Counted from the first letter of the stretch, positions 13,224 to 26,377 are shown. The stretch is DNA of 64,000 bases from Octopus sinensis (GCF_006345805.1 NC_042998.1:1736001-1800000), one strand, 5' to 3'. The notes: generated by a model not told the origin, from the letters alone. Program-made: numbers and translations.

Positions 13224-13321
13224 TGTGTAAATCAAATAGCAACACAAGCAGTTGAAAAAATAGGAACAGTTGTCATGGAGATAGCTTTTATTGTTGGTTA
13301 GATTCAAGGGGTTCTTTTTGT
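13224..13321 (-). other. Possible alternative or cryptic 98-nt exon in the long intron of the minus-strand gene
   Basis: Strong acceptor ctctctttgtttctcacag| and donor |gtaagc. Only the phase-1 entry frame is open (DKKNPLNLTNNKSYLHDNCSYFFNCLCCYLIYT) and it exits in phase 0. Peptide not recognised. Confidence 0.25.
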
Positions 13322-13467
13322 CTGTGAGAAACAAAGAGAGTGAGTGGAGAGAGAGAGCTATGCTCACGTGAGTCCCAATGAATTATTGCAGAGCTTTATT
13401 TTATTGATACTGAACAAACGAGAACTAATTTCACAGTTCAGATTTGAAGTCAGAAATGTTAAATACC

Positions 13468-13880
13468 TATTTCTTTACTACCCACAAGGGGCTAAACACA
13501 GAGGGGACAAACAAGGACAGACAAACAGATTAAGTCGATTATATCGACCCAGTGTGTAACTGGTACTTATTTAATCGACCCCGAAAGGATAAAAGGCAAA
13601 ATCGACCTCGGCGGAATTTGAACTCAGAACGTAGCGGTAGACGAAATACCTATTTCTTTACTACCCACGAGGGGCTAAACACAGAGGGGACAAACAAGGA
13701 CAGACAAACGGATTAAGTCGATTACATCAACCCAGTGCGTAACTGTTACATAATTTATCGACCCCGAAAGGATGAAAGGCAGAGTCAACCCCGGCGGAAT
13801 TTGAACTCAGAACGTAACGGCAGACGAAATACCGCTAAGCATTTCGCCCGTCGTGCTAACGTTTCTGCCAGCTCGTCGCC
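13468..13880 (-). mobile_element. SINE family A dimer with a 24-bp flanking direct repeat
   Basis: One head plus two body-tail units. ttgaagtcagaaatgttaaatacc occurs at 13444-13467 and 13881-13904. Confidence 0.88.
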
Positions 13881-13995
13881 TTGAAGTCAGAAATGTTAAA
13901 TACCGACTACACGTAGCTGTAAGGTTTTGAGTGACTCTGTAATGTCAAAATTAGTTCTACCACTAAAGTTGAGGAATGGAACGACAGAGGAGGAG

Positions 13996-14067
<72 letters not shown>

Positions 14068-14281
14068 TGTGTGAGTGAAAGAGAGAGTATACATGGTAGT
14101 TCAAAATTAGCTTGTTGTATGTATATCGAAAATGAGCCACGGTTTCATGTCACATCCCCTGGGACACCGCTTAAGACGTTTCTCTTGATATGGCATAACT
14201 AAAGCAAATAACACTGTGGAATCTATTTTCACCTCTTTCATTGTGTTGTTGACCGCGAATTTAGATCTTGTAGCGAATTTA

Positions 14282-14543
14282 AAATAAAATAAATGTGCCC
14301 TTTTAAAACCTAGGCGGACTCATGGACCTGGTTTCCCGGTTTCTATGGCGTATGTGTTCCCCAGCTGGACGGGACGCCAGTCCATCGCAGCGTTACTCAT
14401 TTTTGCCAGCTGAGTGGACTGGAGCAACGTGAAATGAAGTGTTTTTCTCAAGAACACAACGCGTCGCCCGGTCCAGGAATCGAAACCACAATCTTATGAT
14501 CATGATACTGACACCCTAACCACTAAGCCACGCGCCTCCACGA
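14282..14543 (-). mobile_element. tRNA-derived SINE family C with a 10-bp TSD
   Basis: Reverse complement of 21565-21821; agcgaattta at 14272-14281 and 14544-14553. Confidence 0.85.
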
Positions 14544-14599
14544 AGCGAATTTAGAGTAAGGTAAATGAATAGTTCCACCACAAGGTTCAGTCCTTTTTG

Positions 14600-14880
14600 C
14601 ATCATGGTGACTTGTGTGCTTTAATTACCCTGAGAGCTCTCTAGAGGAACGCAAGCTCTTAGTAGGATCTTCAATACTGTACAGGTCAAAGGATAGAGAC
14701 CAGACTAATATGGACCACCTCTTTCCACAGATAAATATAGATTTGTGTAAAGCTAATACCCCTACCAAGAAAGAAGTGAAGTTACAAAAACATCGATAAC
14801 AATTGAAAGGCTTTCTCTCTGAGAAAAGACATCCCAGAGTCGTGAACGGTGAAATAAAGTTGTCAACGGTTTATATTCCA
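14600..14880 (+). mobile_element. Decayed CR1-like 3' fragment
   Basis: SLEERKL...MDHLF...RVVN..IKL resembles the CR1 ORF2 C-terminus. Confidence 0.45.
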
Positions 14881-17800
14881 TAGGAGCGAATGGCTAAAGC
14901 AAGTAAAATGAACAGTAAGATGTAACATTCGTTTTCCATATTTCAAAGATATTAATGATACAAAAGGGAAGTCGTTGTTTCTTCCCAGGTAAATCCTAAT
15001 TCAGCAAATCTAATAATCACAAACGTTCCAACCGAGACCACCACGTCTGTTGTGTATTTAGGTCGACACTGCCCAAATTATCATTTTTCTTTTCGATTTT
15101 AACGGTAAGATGCAAATTGAGGAAGTTTTGACTACTCTTTCTACCACATAACTACTATAGTCTATCTAAAAACTGGCTAAGATTCGCATTATGAGAAGGA
15201 AGCAAACCGCTACTTCACATCGTCTGCCAATTTTTGAAACTGGATTGCTATTTTCTTTACTGAACAGTTATTTTAGATATCTCTGTTCCTACCACATTCA
15301 TGAGTATTTTATTCATATACTAACACATTTATTGTTTAAAAAAATACAATTGGACAAGTTTTCGGATTTCTTTTAGATTCGTTCCTATTGTGATCACATT
15401 GTTGAGGAAGATAAATTTGGCCAAATAAATGGCGGCATGAGTTTTGTTATCATGACCCAGACTCACATTTAAAAGCTAATTATTTTGTGAATCATAGGTA
15501 TCCATGGAGCTTTGCCTATCTCCGATTCTCTTGGCGAGAAACGGATGAGTTAGCTCGTTATCAGATTACGAAGCTAGTTTGTCTAAGGTAGTTCTTTTCC
15601 TAGAGTAAGATAAATTTGGAATTATTAACCAGCGAATCACTAGTAAAATGAACTGTACTCAAGCTGCTCTATAGCTATGTATGATACCATTTGGGATATC
15701 TTATTCGAACTAGGTGGACTCGTATTTTAGCCACATAACTCAGAACTAGACATATTGATCAGTTGGTGAATACACTATCCATTCAGCCATCTGCATTGTA
15801 CAAAGCTTATTGGAAGACTTGAAAATAGCACTCGCATATCAACGAACTGTTCATTAATATACACAATGCTTCGGCGGTTGGCACACTGTGGCACAAACGA
15901 TAAGTTTCTGTGGGGCAATGTCTTTTTTTTTTTTTTTACCGAACGAAATCAATTCGCTTCAATGGTGTCGTTATTGCTCTTTAGAATGTCATGGACGCCG
16001 TGCAACACCAGGCGATGGCGTTATATAACTATATCTTATAGTGGCATAGCGTGGATTTTATCCTCCCTATATGGTAGCCCCCTTTCTTAAATATAACATA
16101 CCTCTGAATACATCAAACATACATATATATATATAAAGTTGCCGTTCAATGCAGTTCTCACAACCCGAACAATCCACGCTACACCCCTGAGATTTTTCTT
16201 TAAACAACTTAAATACTTCTATCAGTCAACATTTTGTGCATGGTTTATTTTCCTTCGCTATGTATATTCTGCTAATCTGGTATGAAAAGGAAAACCAAAA
16301 GCCACTTATAGACATAGATTCAAGATATAATTTTTATTAATCAAAATGCAGCAGATAAACCATTTGTTGAAATCCAAACCAGAAAGTCATCGAATGGAGA
16401 TAATGAAGTTTCAAATATTCTGTGTAACCTAAATAGCTTTGTTCTCTAAAATGTATTATGATTATCTAATTCTATCTTAACTCCTAGCTTCCCTTCTACT
16501 ATCTCTTTAACACCCTTTCATTTGGCTCTCTTTTCTTCACTCTTTCCTATTTAGCTCTGAATACTTACTCTATTGGCAGTTTAGTAAGCTTGCAGTCAAC
16601 CTCAGAGCATCGTTTGATCGGAACTTGGCTTCTATAGCAACAGTGAAAGCAACAAACAACTGGTTGCTGCAAACTACAAATAATCAATGCCGGGTAGAGG
16701 GGTTTATAAGTCCAGTAAGATAATCTCCCGAACGATGGAACCATAAAACATCACAAGCCTTCTTGAGTAGACGGTTTAATAGGAATAACTCCAGCACATA
16801 CCTGCTTAAATTTAACCTGGAATTTACTCTGTTGCAAGCACTTGAACCAGGCTTCTTATGAATAATTCGATCCTCTTGATGCACTGATATTGTGTGTCGG
16901 AGGAGGGAAAGGTCTCCCAGTAGAGCCCCAACGTCAAATAGAACAGAGGGTTTCGCTCCGTGAATAACGGCTCGGAATTATTTTCTTTCAGCTGGTGTAT
17001 AACTCCGTATCATTCCCATTCCCACCATTCACACCAGTTGTTGACTGGTGCCGCTAAGAACAGATTCCCACGGTCATGTATATATCTAGCTGGATTACTT
17101 ACAGGAGTCAGAAGTATTGGTTAACGCTTTTCTCTTTCCTCAGCGCAAGCAAAACCCTCCATCAAATGAAATGGGAAATAAAATGAGACATGAATGATGA
17201 CCATTCTGCTCGACAGTTCTTTCCCGTCTTTACGGACATTCGTGCACTTCGGTCCAACCTAGACCCCCGTTCAATACTTCTTCTTAACCCACAAGCTACG
17301 CATCTTTTCCCTCTCCAAAACACAATTCTCTCACATTTTATATCTAACTCATTTCTACTGCTCCGGTTACTTTCTTTTTACCAATTTTTCTCTGAAAGTT
17401 AGCGTCAGTACATATTAAAATCAACAATTGTCGTTAATTTCCACTCTCATTTCGATATCACCAATCGAACTTCTAATTACAGTAGCTTAAAATCTAGTTT
17501 ACATTAATTCGATCTCTACCGCTCTCCGGACAAAATAAGTATTGTAAAATAGTGATTCCTAATTTCGTAGACGCAGTTACTAAGGAGTCCTATAGTTCGC
17601 TCTATGAACACGTTTCCCCGAAAATCGACTGATGAGTTCTTTAAATATTAGGGGGGGGGGTGAATAATGTCATTAATAGCTTAAAACAATGAAGCTGGAA
17701 CTAAAAGAAGAAAATCAAAAGACGTAGTAAACACTTATTAAATAAAGATTTCTTTTGTGAGGGTGGGGAAGAATATATTTGAATACGAAGTAAATGGTTT

Positions 17801-18299
17801 CGAGTGTCTTTTTGATTTCTGAAGTCATTTTCATTGCTTTCAACTTGGAATGCCTTCTTTGAAACCATCCTTACAAAACTTTAGTCTTGTTACATATCAA
17901 AAGCAGCGCCATTCAATTGTTACTGAAGAACTCTTCAGCGACAATTGAACGACGTTATTTTTGATTTGTTTCAAGACCGAGGATAAAAGTTATGCTGAAC
18001 TTCAAATCAATATTTACTCCAATATTTCAAATACCATAAGTAGTAATCGAATGACTGAAACAGCTGAGTGCTTTATAGTATTTTGTTTTATTTCTTCTGC
18101 TTTTGAATTGATACTCTTCCCTCTCGGACCCGTCTTAGCTTTTCACTCCACAGAAATTAATAAAACAAAAATAAAATATGTAATAAGAATCCGTCCAATT
18201 AACTAGACTTTAACTCTCCCCATACTAAACAGCAGCCTCGTCTTGATGTAAACAGTCGATATTTTGGAAAGTTCACTGAGATTTCAGATGATAAAAATA

Positions 18300-19534
18300 C
18301 AGTTTAGATGGCAACAAATTTAATCTTTTGGATTGAAAGAAGTATGTGATATACACAAACCAGAGCAAATATGCAAGATATTTCGACTGTTTGCTTTTAA
18401 CAGCGTAGACCATCGGAAACTGGTGTTTTTTTTAAAGAAAACTGGTTTCGATCCATTTTCAAGCATCGGGTCTCTCTTTTGTACAGTGGTATCTTACCGA
18501 TAGTCAGAACAGGTGGCCACATCACGTGTTTTGGTTCAACAAAGATGTTCGCTTTTTCTGCTTTCGTATGTATTGGTCTTGGAGTCTGTACTTCAAAAAT
18601 TTAACGTTTTCAGATGGAATAATTGTAATATCTACCTATGCGAACCATGTAAAGGTTGTGGTATTAACTTCTCGAAAATTGGGATGGTGTGTGTGAAATA
18701 GGCGAATATTAGACAACGAGTGCAAAGACTAACCTGAACAAATCGATAAGCTTGCAACTTAACTCTTGAATACGTAGGTTCATGACAACTAATATTTTCC
18801 GTTAGAACTGAAGATCTAGTTATATTGTTTGAGTCCTGTCTAAGTAAATGAAATCCAGGACGAGATAAAACCAAGATGAGGAGCCACATCTTGTGAGGTC
18901 GGATAGCATCAGCGAGTTTATATAGCGCTTTAATAGTATTCTAACACCCGACCACTGCACTTTACTTCTCTCATGAATATTTTACTAATCTGGAAAGTTT
19001 TCATTTATTTTGAGGGAGGAGGGGCTATTTTTGTTTTTTGTTTGTTCTTTTACATTTTATGGAAAGGGCAGCATCCGATTCGAAAGCTCTTAGTAGTCCT
19101 TATTTGCTTCTGCTTTACGTTTGTCGCGGTTGTTACTTTAAAAAGGTCATTCCTTGGCCAGGCAACGGTTAAAGGCTTTTATTTGTAAAGTGTCCTTTGT
19201 TGCAACTGGTCTCCTTGCAGTCTTGTAACAAGAGATGTTGATTTCCGAAATAACGATCCCATACCTAAGGATAATACACTAACTTCCTCCGAGAAAGTCA
19301 CTAAATGCAGATGATCAACTTTGCCGAAAGTAAACTGATGAGAAGTCTGGGGTGGATATCGTTCACTTTATACGCCCCGATTATTCTTCCGTCTCTGATG
19401 TAGTCATCGAAAACCAGAGCAAATCGACGATATAGGCTGTAAATTCAACTGACGACAGCATGTTCACTTTGCAGAGCAGCTAGGTGAAATTTTATCAAGA
19501 GGTCCTTCATATCTGTATACCATGCGCGTATGTC

Positions 19535-19569
<35 letters not shown>

Positions 19570-20384
19570 AAAAAGAAAGAAAGAAAGAAAGAGTGAGAGT
19601 TGCTGTGTTGCCATGCTGCACTTCTGCCATCTGAGCCCAAAAAACAGTAATTTTCCTCAAGTCTTCGTAAAAATGCCTTAGCACTAAGAATATAATTTTT
19701 CCCCACTTAATACCAAAAAAGCCGTCTACAATACTTCTTTCTACCAATTGTCAGTAGTTCTGCTATCTCTAGAAGTTTCTTCTAAATTACTAACTAGTTC
19801 CCACTCTATTATATTGTCTTCTATATTTAACTTCATAGCAAACATAACCGTCTTTCTTTCCTTTTCAGACCTTTTATAAACGTGAAAGACTGACATAATT
19901 TTCTTGAGTAACTTTTATTAAAAGATTCCAGTAAGCTTTCTGCCCCGAAAACGATGCGCCCAGCTGCCAGTAATTGCACTTCTAAATAAACATCATGGCT
20001 AAGTCGACCGTACAGTTTACAAATAATCTACATAGTCTCTTATATGAAATTGTTAATAGCTTACACTATTCCTATCCGCCAACTTAATGGGGATTTATCC
20101 AAATAGGCAGGAGCCAATTCGCTGTGGTTTGGTCATATCTATTTTGTAAAATCTGAGCTGTCTAATTGATTTATCTAACTGCTGGAAATGTCAGAAATGA
20201 TTGAGAAGGAACTTGCATGGTCTCCTACTGACACCATACAGTCCTGGTATATCTAAGTTGCCATTAAATCTAATGAGTGGAACACTGACAGGAATAACTC
20301 GAAATGGTATCAAGAATGCCTGAAAAATTTGAACCGTCTACGTCTGTAGGAACGTAAACGGTATTATGACACTGTTTTGGTCGC

Positions 20385-20390
<6 letters not shown>
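18300..20390 (-). mobile_element. Heavily decayed CR1-group LINE ORF2 (APE to RT), interrupted by a microsatellite
   Basis: Degenerate motifs in the expected order on the minus strand: APE-like YVPT..GNLDIP (~20350-20230), DFSS..FGKVDH (~19350-19310), and YESRK..LC-type C-terminus (~18570). Many stops and frameshifts; boundaries approximate. Confidence 0.5.
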
Positions 20391-20421
<31 letters not shown>

Positions 20422-21564
20422 AGAACAAAAGGCCTAGCCATCGAGTCTAGGAATATAGTTTTTTCACTTAAGGGGCTTAGCAATTCTGAACTAACACTAA
20501 AAAATACTTCAAACCAGATTTAAAAAGAAAAAAAATAGCAGTCTCCAATAAGAAAAGAGTGTCTGTGACTCGGAAACCATTCTGGCGACTTTATATCTGT
20601 TCTATATCGCCAAAGATCATGTGGAAAGTTACCTTGTTCCTACATTAATTCCGTATCACGCATATTGCCATCGACATGCTCGTACAATAACTGCGGCTTT
20701 GGTTCTGCATAAAATATTTGAAAAGTGTTTGAACGCTATGATTTAAAGAGGTGGCTGTTGTTTAGTCCCAGGTCAGCTACGTTTGAGAAAAACTATTGCC
20801 AAAGGCTTTCCACCTGTAACCACCCTGTCTTGTTCTCATGTATAGTGTATCTGGGATACTTTTTCAGGTAAACTGTATTTGTCGTTCTTTTTTTATTATT
20901 ATTATATATTTGTATTCTTTCGGGTGACATTCCGTACTTTGATGAAACAGCATTGAGTAGTCGCATAACAGAAGTTCTAAGGTCTTTTACTATTTCAGAC
21001 GCTAAAACTATTGTCTTAGTCCTCATTCTACCTTTGCCAGACTATCAAAATGCTAATCTTAAGAAACCCGTCACACACACACGTCCACCTCGACCCCCAC
21101 CCCACCCACACATACACACAAGTATGCACACATACAGACATTCACAGATTTTGGAGAAAACTCAAAAGTGACCGATGATACCAATTTACTCGTTTCATCT
21201 ATTCGTAAACTATGCATTCCGTAAAATTGTGACCAACTTTGAAAGTATTAGAAGTGTTTGTTTTTCAATATATTACTGTAGCACGAAAAAGCAACAACTT
21301 CATCTTCCGTATTGTGCACACAAGTCAGCTATCACAGATAAACACCCCAAACGAAATTGAGAATTTTGTAACGTTTATTATGAAGTTTTAACGTATTCAG
21401 AATTTCCGTAAAAGATTAGAATGCAAGAAAACGGTCCGGAATTATTAACTGCAGTACTATTTGTGTATCTTTTATTGAAATATGTAATTTCTATTAACAG
21501 ATACAATGATATATTTCTGTTCAAACATGTTAAAATATATAATATATTATATTAAGAAATATAA

Positions 21565-21821
21565 GTGGAGGCGCGTGGCTTAGTGGTTAGGGTGTCAGCA
21601 CCAATATCGTAAGATTGTGGTTTCGATTCCTGGACCGGGCGACTCGTTGTGTTCTTGAGCAAAACACTTCATTTCCCGTTGCTCCAGTCCACTCAGCTGG
21701 CAAAAATGAGTAACGTAGCGATGGACTGGCGTCCCATCCAGCTGGGGAACACATACGCCATAGAAACAGAGAAACCGGGCCCATGAGCCTAGCTAGGCTT
21801 TAAAAGGGTGCATTTATTTAT
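21565..21821 (+). mobile_element. tRNA-derived SINE family C with a 13-bp TSD
   Basis: A-box-like tggcttagtgg, B-box-like gtttcgattcc, CORE-like gtgttcttgagcaaaacact, then gatggactggcgtcccatccag. ttaagaaatataa at 21552-21564 and 21822-21834. Confidence 0.88.
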
Positions 21822-21879
21822 TTAAGAAATATAAACCGTTTGAAAGAGCATTTTACTAAATTTGCATATTTGAAATAGC

Positions 21880-22079
21880 TAATTTGCAACCTTATATCAA
21901 ATGTAAGGCTTATTTATTCGCTCCGTTTTGAATTAATCGTGCATTATCTTATAGCTTTGAGATTTTGATAAAGTGATTGTGTATTTTAAGAGTAGGTATG
22001 AGAGGCAGGATTTGGACGGTTTGAACATAAAACAGAATATTTGGACTGGATATGGACAGTTTTAATGCTAAAGGATTAA
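21880..22079. mobile_element. Probable TTAA-type (piggyBac-like) MITE remnant
   Basis: Right end aatgctaaaggattaa (cf. ...AAAGGG|TTAA); left end decayed; family recognised from memory only. Confidence 0.4.
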
Positions 22080-22454
22080 AACTTAATCTTCTTAAAAGGA
22101 CACTTTAGCATAAGTGGCCAACGTAATAAGTTTAATTAGTGTACAGCGTACAAGACTCCGTATATTTCATTTACACATATTCATTAGCTGAGATTTGTCT
22201 TTTGACCATATCTAACATTCGCAGATGAATTGTTTTGCTGTAAGCTGCATTTTCAAGTCTGTTGTACAAATACACAATAAATTAAACGTTTGATTTGAAT
22301 ACGAAACTGAAAAACTTGTGAAAAAATGTGATAATTGATGAATTTTTTTGATATCTCAATTATTTAAATAAAGGGATTTAAATCACAAAAACAAGCTGAC
22401 CAAATTACATTTTATCGCAGGTTTTGCTTTTTTGTAAAGCAGAATTTTTTTCTC

Positions 22455-22745
22455 TTCGGCTATAAGCTGTCGACTGCTGGACGTATCCTTCTTTAAGACT
22501 TTTCTACAAGATGCATTCCAAGTGTTGAGATTAAGAATAGGCCGTTATAACTGTCCTAGATTATTGTAATTTACGATATCATTATTCAGTTGCCATTTCA
22601 GTCCAAACCAGTCTTGTGTCGGCCCTTATTGTCTTCGTGTATTCCTCGATGCCATCCCTTCATATCTTTTTCTCTCTTTTTCAATCCCTGTCTTGGAATC
22701 CATCCCTTGATCTTTTACGTCCGTTTAATTGAACCGTCCAACTGT
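22455..22745 (-). mobile_element. RTE-like LINE 3' fragment
   Basis: Minus-strand WT..KGWIPRQG.KKR resembles RTE RW...W.PR.GKR.RGRP. Confidence 0.4.
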
Positions 22746-22784
22746 GATTTATTTTTTATCATTTCTTGAAGAATAAGGGCAGCA

Positions 22785-23270
22785 GAATCGTTAGCACGTT
22801 GGACGAAGTGCTTGGCGTCATTTCTTCCGGCTCTTTGCGTTCTGAGTTCAAATTCCGCCAAGGTCGACTTCGCGTTTCATCTTTTCGATGTTGATAAAAT
22901 AAGTACCAGTTGAGCACTGGGATAGACTTACTCTTCCCATCAAAATTTCAGGCCTTATGCCTACAGTAGAAAGTATTTTTTCTGGAAATATATCCTTAAC
23001 CAATGCTTTCCTCTTATCGCCACAAATTCAATTCTATCTTTCAACATAATACTAGTTTCAAATTTTGGCACAAAGCCAGCAATTTCGAGGGTGGAGGCTA
23101 GTCGATGACATCGACCCCAGGGCTCAACAAGCACTTATTCTATCGACCTCGAAAGAATGACAAAGTCGACCTCGTCGGCATCTGAACTCAGAACATAATG
23201 TCGGACAAAATTTTTCGCGGCATTTTCTCCGGTACTGTAATGATTTGACTAGCACGCCCCCTTATCGTTC
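22785..23270. mobile_element. Two older family A SINEs in inverted (convergent) orientation
   Basis: + copy ~22785-22975 and - copy ~23055-23270, both diverged and carrying tail-2 variants. Confidence 0.7.
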
Positions 23271-23529
23271 AGTATGATATTGAGCAGTCTTCTTTCCATA
23301 GTATACTGTATTGTTCTAATCTTCTTTCTCATCCTCTCGTTCACCTTCCATTTTCCACTTCAAAGTATATGACAAACTGCATGCAAATGCCACACACATG
23401 GAAAGATAAGGACAGAAAGCCCAGTAATAACGAAAATAGATAACTGTGAGTGTCTGAGTCACACAGCCAATATGACATACAAAACAGTTGAGAAACGCCC
23501 GAGTCAGATAATGCGGCAGACACAGAGGT

Positions 23530-24020
23530 CAGGCGGCGAGCTGGCAGAAACGTTAGCACACCGGGCGAAATGCGCAGCCGTATTTCGTCTGTCGTTACGT
23601 TGTGAGTTCAAATTCCGCCGTTGCCTTTCATCCTTTCGGGGTCGATAAATTAAGTACCAGTTACGCACTGGAGTCGATGTAATCGACTTAATACCTATGT
23701 CTGTCCTTGTTTGTCCCCTCTGTATTTAGCTCCTTGTGGGTAGTAAAGAAATAGGTATTTCGTCTGCCGCTACGTTCGGAGTTCAAATTCCGCCGAGGTC
23801 GACTTTGCCTTTCATCCTTTCGGGATCGATAAATTAAGTACCAGTTACGCACTGGGGTCGATGTAATCGACTTAATCCATTTGTCTGTCCTTGTTTGTCC
23901 CCTCTGTGTTTAGCCCCTTGTGGGTAATAAAGAAATACATATTTCGTCCGTCATTACGTTCTGAGTTCAAACTCCACAGAGGTCAACTTTACTTTTCATC
24001 CTTTCGGGTTAGATAAAATT
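23530..24020 (+). mobile_element. SINE family A 2.5-mer; last unit older and truncated next to a family B copy
   Basis: Junctions aaataggta|tttcgtc (~23757) and aaatacata|tttcgtc (~23941). Confidence 0.85.
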
Positions 24021-24036
24021 TGAAACAATATGACAT

Positions 24037-24448
24037 AGGGGCAGGAGTGGCTGCGTGGTAATTAGCTTGCTTACCAACCATATGGCTCCGGGTTCAGTCC
24101 CACTGCGAGGTACCTTGGGCAAGTGTTTTCTACTATAGCCTCGGTCCGACCAAAGCCTTGTGAGTGGATTTTGTAGACGGAAACTGAAAGAAGCCTGTCG
24201 TATGCATGTACGCATGCATACATGTGTGTATGTTTGCGTGTATGTGTTTATTTTCCCTCCACCATCGCTTGACAACCGATGTTGGTATGTTTACATACCC
24301 GCAACTTAGCGGTTCGGCAAAAGAAACCGATAGAATAAGTACTAGGGTTACAAAGAATAAGTCTTGAGGTCATTTCTTCGACTAAAGGCGGTGCTCCAGC
24401 ATGGCCGCAGTCAAATGACTGAAATAAATAAAAAAGAAAAAAAGAATA
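24037..24448 (+). mobile_element. tRNA-derived SINE family B (CORE-like segment, internal microsatellite)
   Basis: Head ggcaggagtggctg(t/c)gtggt..gggttcagtccc; CORE-like accttgggcaagtg; 3' end gcggtgctccagcatggccgcagtcaaatgactgaaa. Likely one of the described octopus tRNA-derived SINEs; exact name not assigned. Confidence 0.85.
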
Positions 24449-24495
24449 CAGAAGAGTTGAGAACTAAATCAGATAGTAAATATGCCAGACACAGG

Positions 24496-25076
24496 AAGGC
24501 GGCGAGCTGGCAGAGTGGTTAGCACGCTGGGCGAAATGCTCAGCAGTATTTCGTCTGTCGCTACTTTCTGAGTTCCAATTCCGCCGAGGTCGACTTTGAC
24601 TTTCATCCTTTCGGAGTCGATTAAATAAGTACCACTTACGCATTGGGGTCGATTTAATTTACTTAATCCGTTTCTGTCCTTGTTTGTCCTCACTGTGTTT
24701 AGCCCCTTGTGGGTAGTAAAGAAATAGGTATTTCGTCTGCCGTTACGTTCTGAGTTCAACTTCTGCCGAGGTCGACTTTGCCTTTCATCCTTTCGGGGTC
24801 GATTAAATAAGTACCAGTTACGCACTGGGGTCGATGTAATCGACTTAATCCGTCTGTCTGTCCTTGTTTGTCCTCTCTGTGTTTAGCCCCTTGTAGGTAG
24901 TAAAGAAATAGGTATTTCGTCTATCTTTACGTTCTGAGTTCAAATTCTGCCGAGGTCGACTTTGCTTTCATCCTTTCAGGGTCGATAAATTAAGTACCAA
25001 GCTGCGTACTGGGGTCGATATAATCGACTGCCCCCTCCCCCAAAAGTTAGGACCTTGTGGGCCTAGAGTAGAAAAG
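24496..25076 (+). mobile_element. SINE family A trimer with a 17-bp TSD
   Basis: Head + body-tail1 + body-tail1 + body-tail2. aatatgccagacacagg occurs at 24479-24495 and 25077-25093. Confidence 0.9.
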
Positions 25077-25781
25077 AATATGCCAGACACAGGGGGAGGG
25101 TTGAAAAGAATAATAGCAAGATGGATTTGTTTCTTAAAGTATAGCATGTTCTATATATTTGAACTTCCGTTACTCTAACCGATTATTTGATTCTCATAAG
25201 ACTCAAAAGATGTCAGTAACTTGGTTTTACTTTATAGATGGATAACCAATAACAGAATAGGAACGAAGATTATGAAGATTTTACTATATTTATTTATAGG
25301 GAAACGGCAGACATATATAAGCTAGCTACAACTATTTTACGACATAAATTTTATTTAGATAATAAATCAGTACATTTACGTCTTACATTACAAAACAAAA
25401 AAGAAAAAATCTAAATGACAAATAGGTTTTCTTTTTAATTTCTCGACTACATCTAAACATTAAGTCTTACTAAGTGAGAACATTACTACTGTTTTGATGT
25501 AGTCAACAAAATTAAACAAGAGCACAGTTGCTGACAACGTTTATGATTATGTCATTTGGCATACCAAATCAACTTCACTTTTGGTTGCAAGTTCAGTAGT
25601 ATAGATAGTCTTGCCCTTATCGCCTAATAAGGTCACGCTGCTGTCTGCTTATACCAAAACTGTCTGCCAATAAACCCAGCTTTCTCGAAATCAGCATTAT
25701 TTTGTTTTTGTTTTTCTTTTTTTCTTCGAAGTCACTGAAATCATTCTTTGCTGGATCGTTGTCATCAGACATGTTTGTATG

Positions 25782-25814
<33 letters not shown>

Positions 25815-26119
25815 AAGCATATACGAGTGAGTGTGTGTGTTTGCGCGCGCGTGTCTGTCTGTGTGTGTGTGTGTCTGTTTGCGTGTGTGTGTGTGTGTGT
25901 GTGTGTGTATGTAGAAAGAGAGACAGAAAGATGAGTTTGTATTATGTACATATATATATATATATATATCACTTCTTAATTTGAACGGAGGCGAGGTAAT
26001 GCAAGCGGAAACTAGAGGAACATGATTAAAATCCACACTCGAAGATCAAATAGATACATATATTCATATATTCTTCCACATTTACAAAACGGATGTATAA
26101 ATTCAAGATAAAAAGATAT

Positions 26120-26199
<80 letters not shown>

Positions 26200-26377
26200 T
26201 GTCGGTTTTATACATAATTTACATTTTAAAAGTTCAAATTAAGAAGTGAAATATAGCTCACTTGGAGCACTACAACTCCAGTATGTATTTTTTGCGAGTA
26301 TTGTTAACACTAGCAATCTCAAAATAAAGCGTTGTATTTTATATATATATATATACCCTAATCAATATACCCACTGT

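Noticed and set aside
15498-15587. 90-nt + strand exon-like segment (YPWSFAYLRFSWRETDELARYQITKLVCL)
   Set aside because: Weak splice sites, antisense to the inferred host gene, and adjacent to LLYSYV.YHLGY, which looks like decayed LINE RT.
20793-21026. Minus ORF resembling the Grainyhead/CP2 C-terminus (LLNAVSSKYGMSPERI..Y)
   Set aside because: No good splice sites. It lies just upstream of the decayed LINE ORF2 on the same strand, so an ORF1 remnant or chance match is more parsimonious.
21565-21640. tRNA genes at SINE heads (also 5883, 14470, 24037, 31394)
   Set aside because: A/B boxes are present but there is no complete cloverleaf, and each continues into a multi-copy SINE body, several with TSDs.
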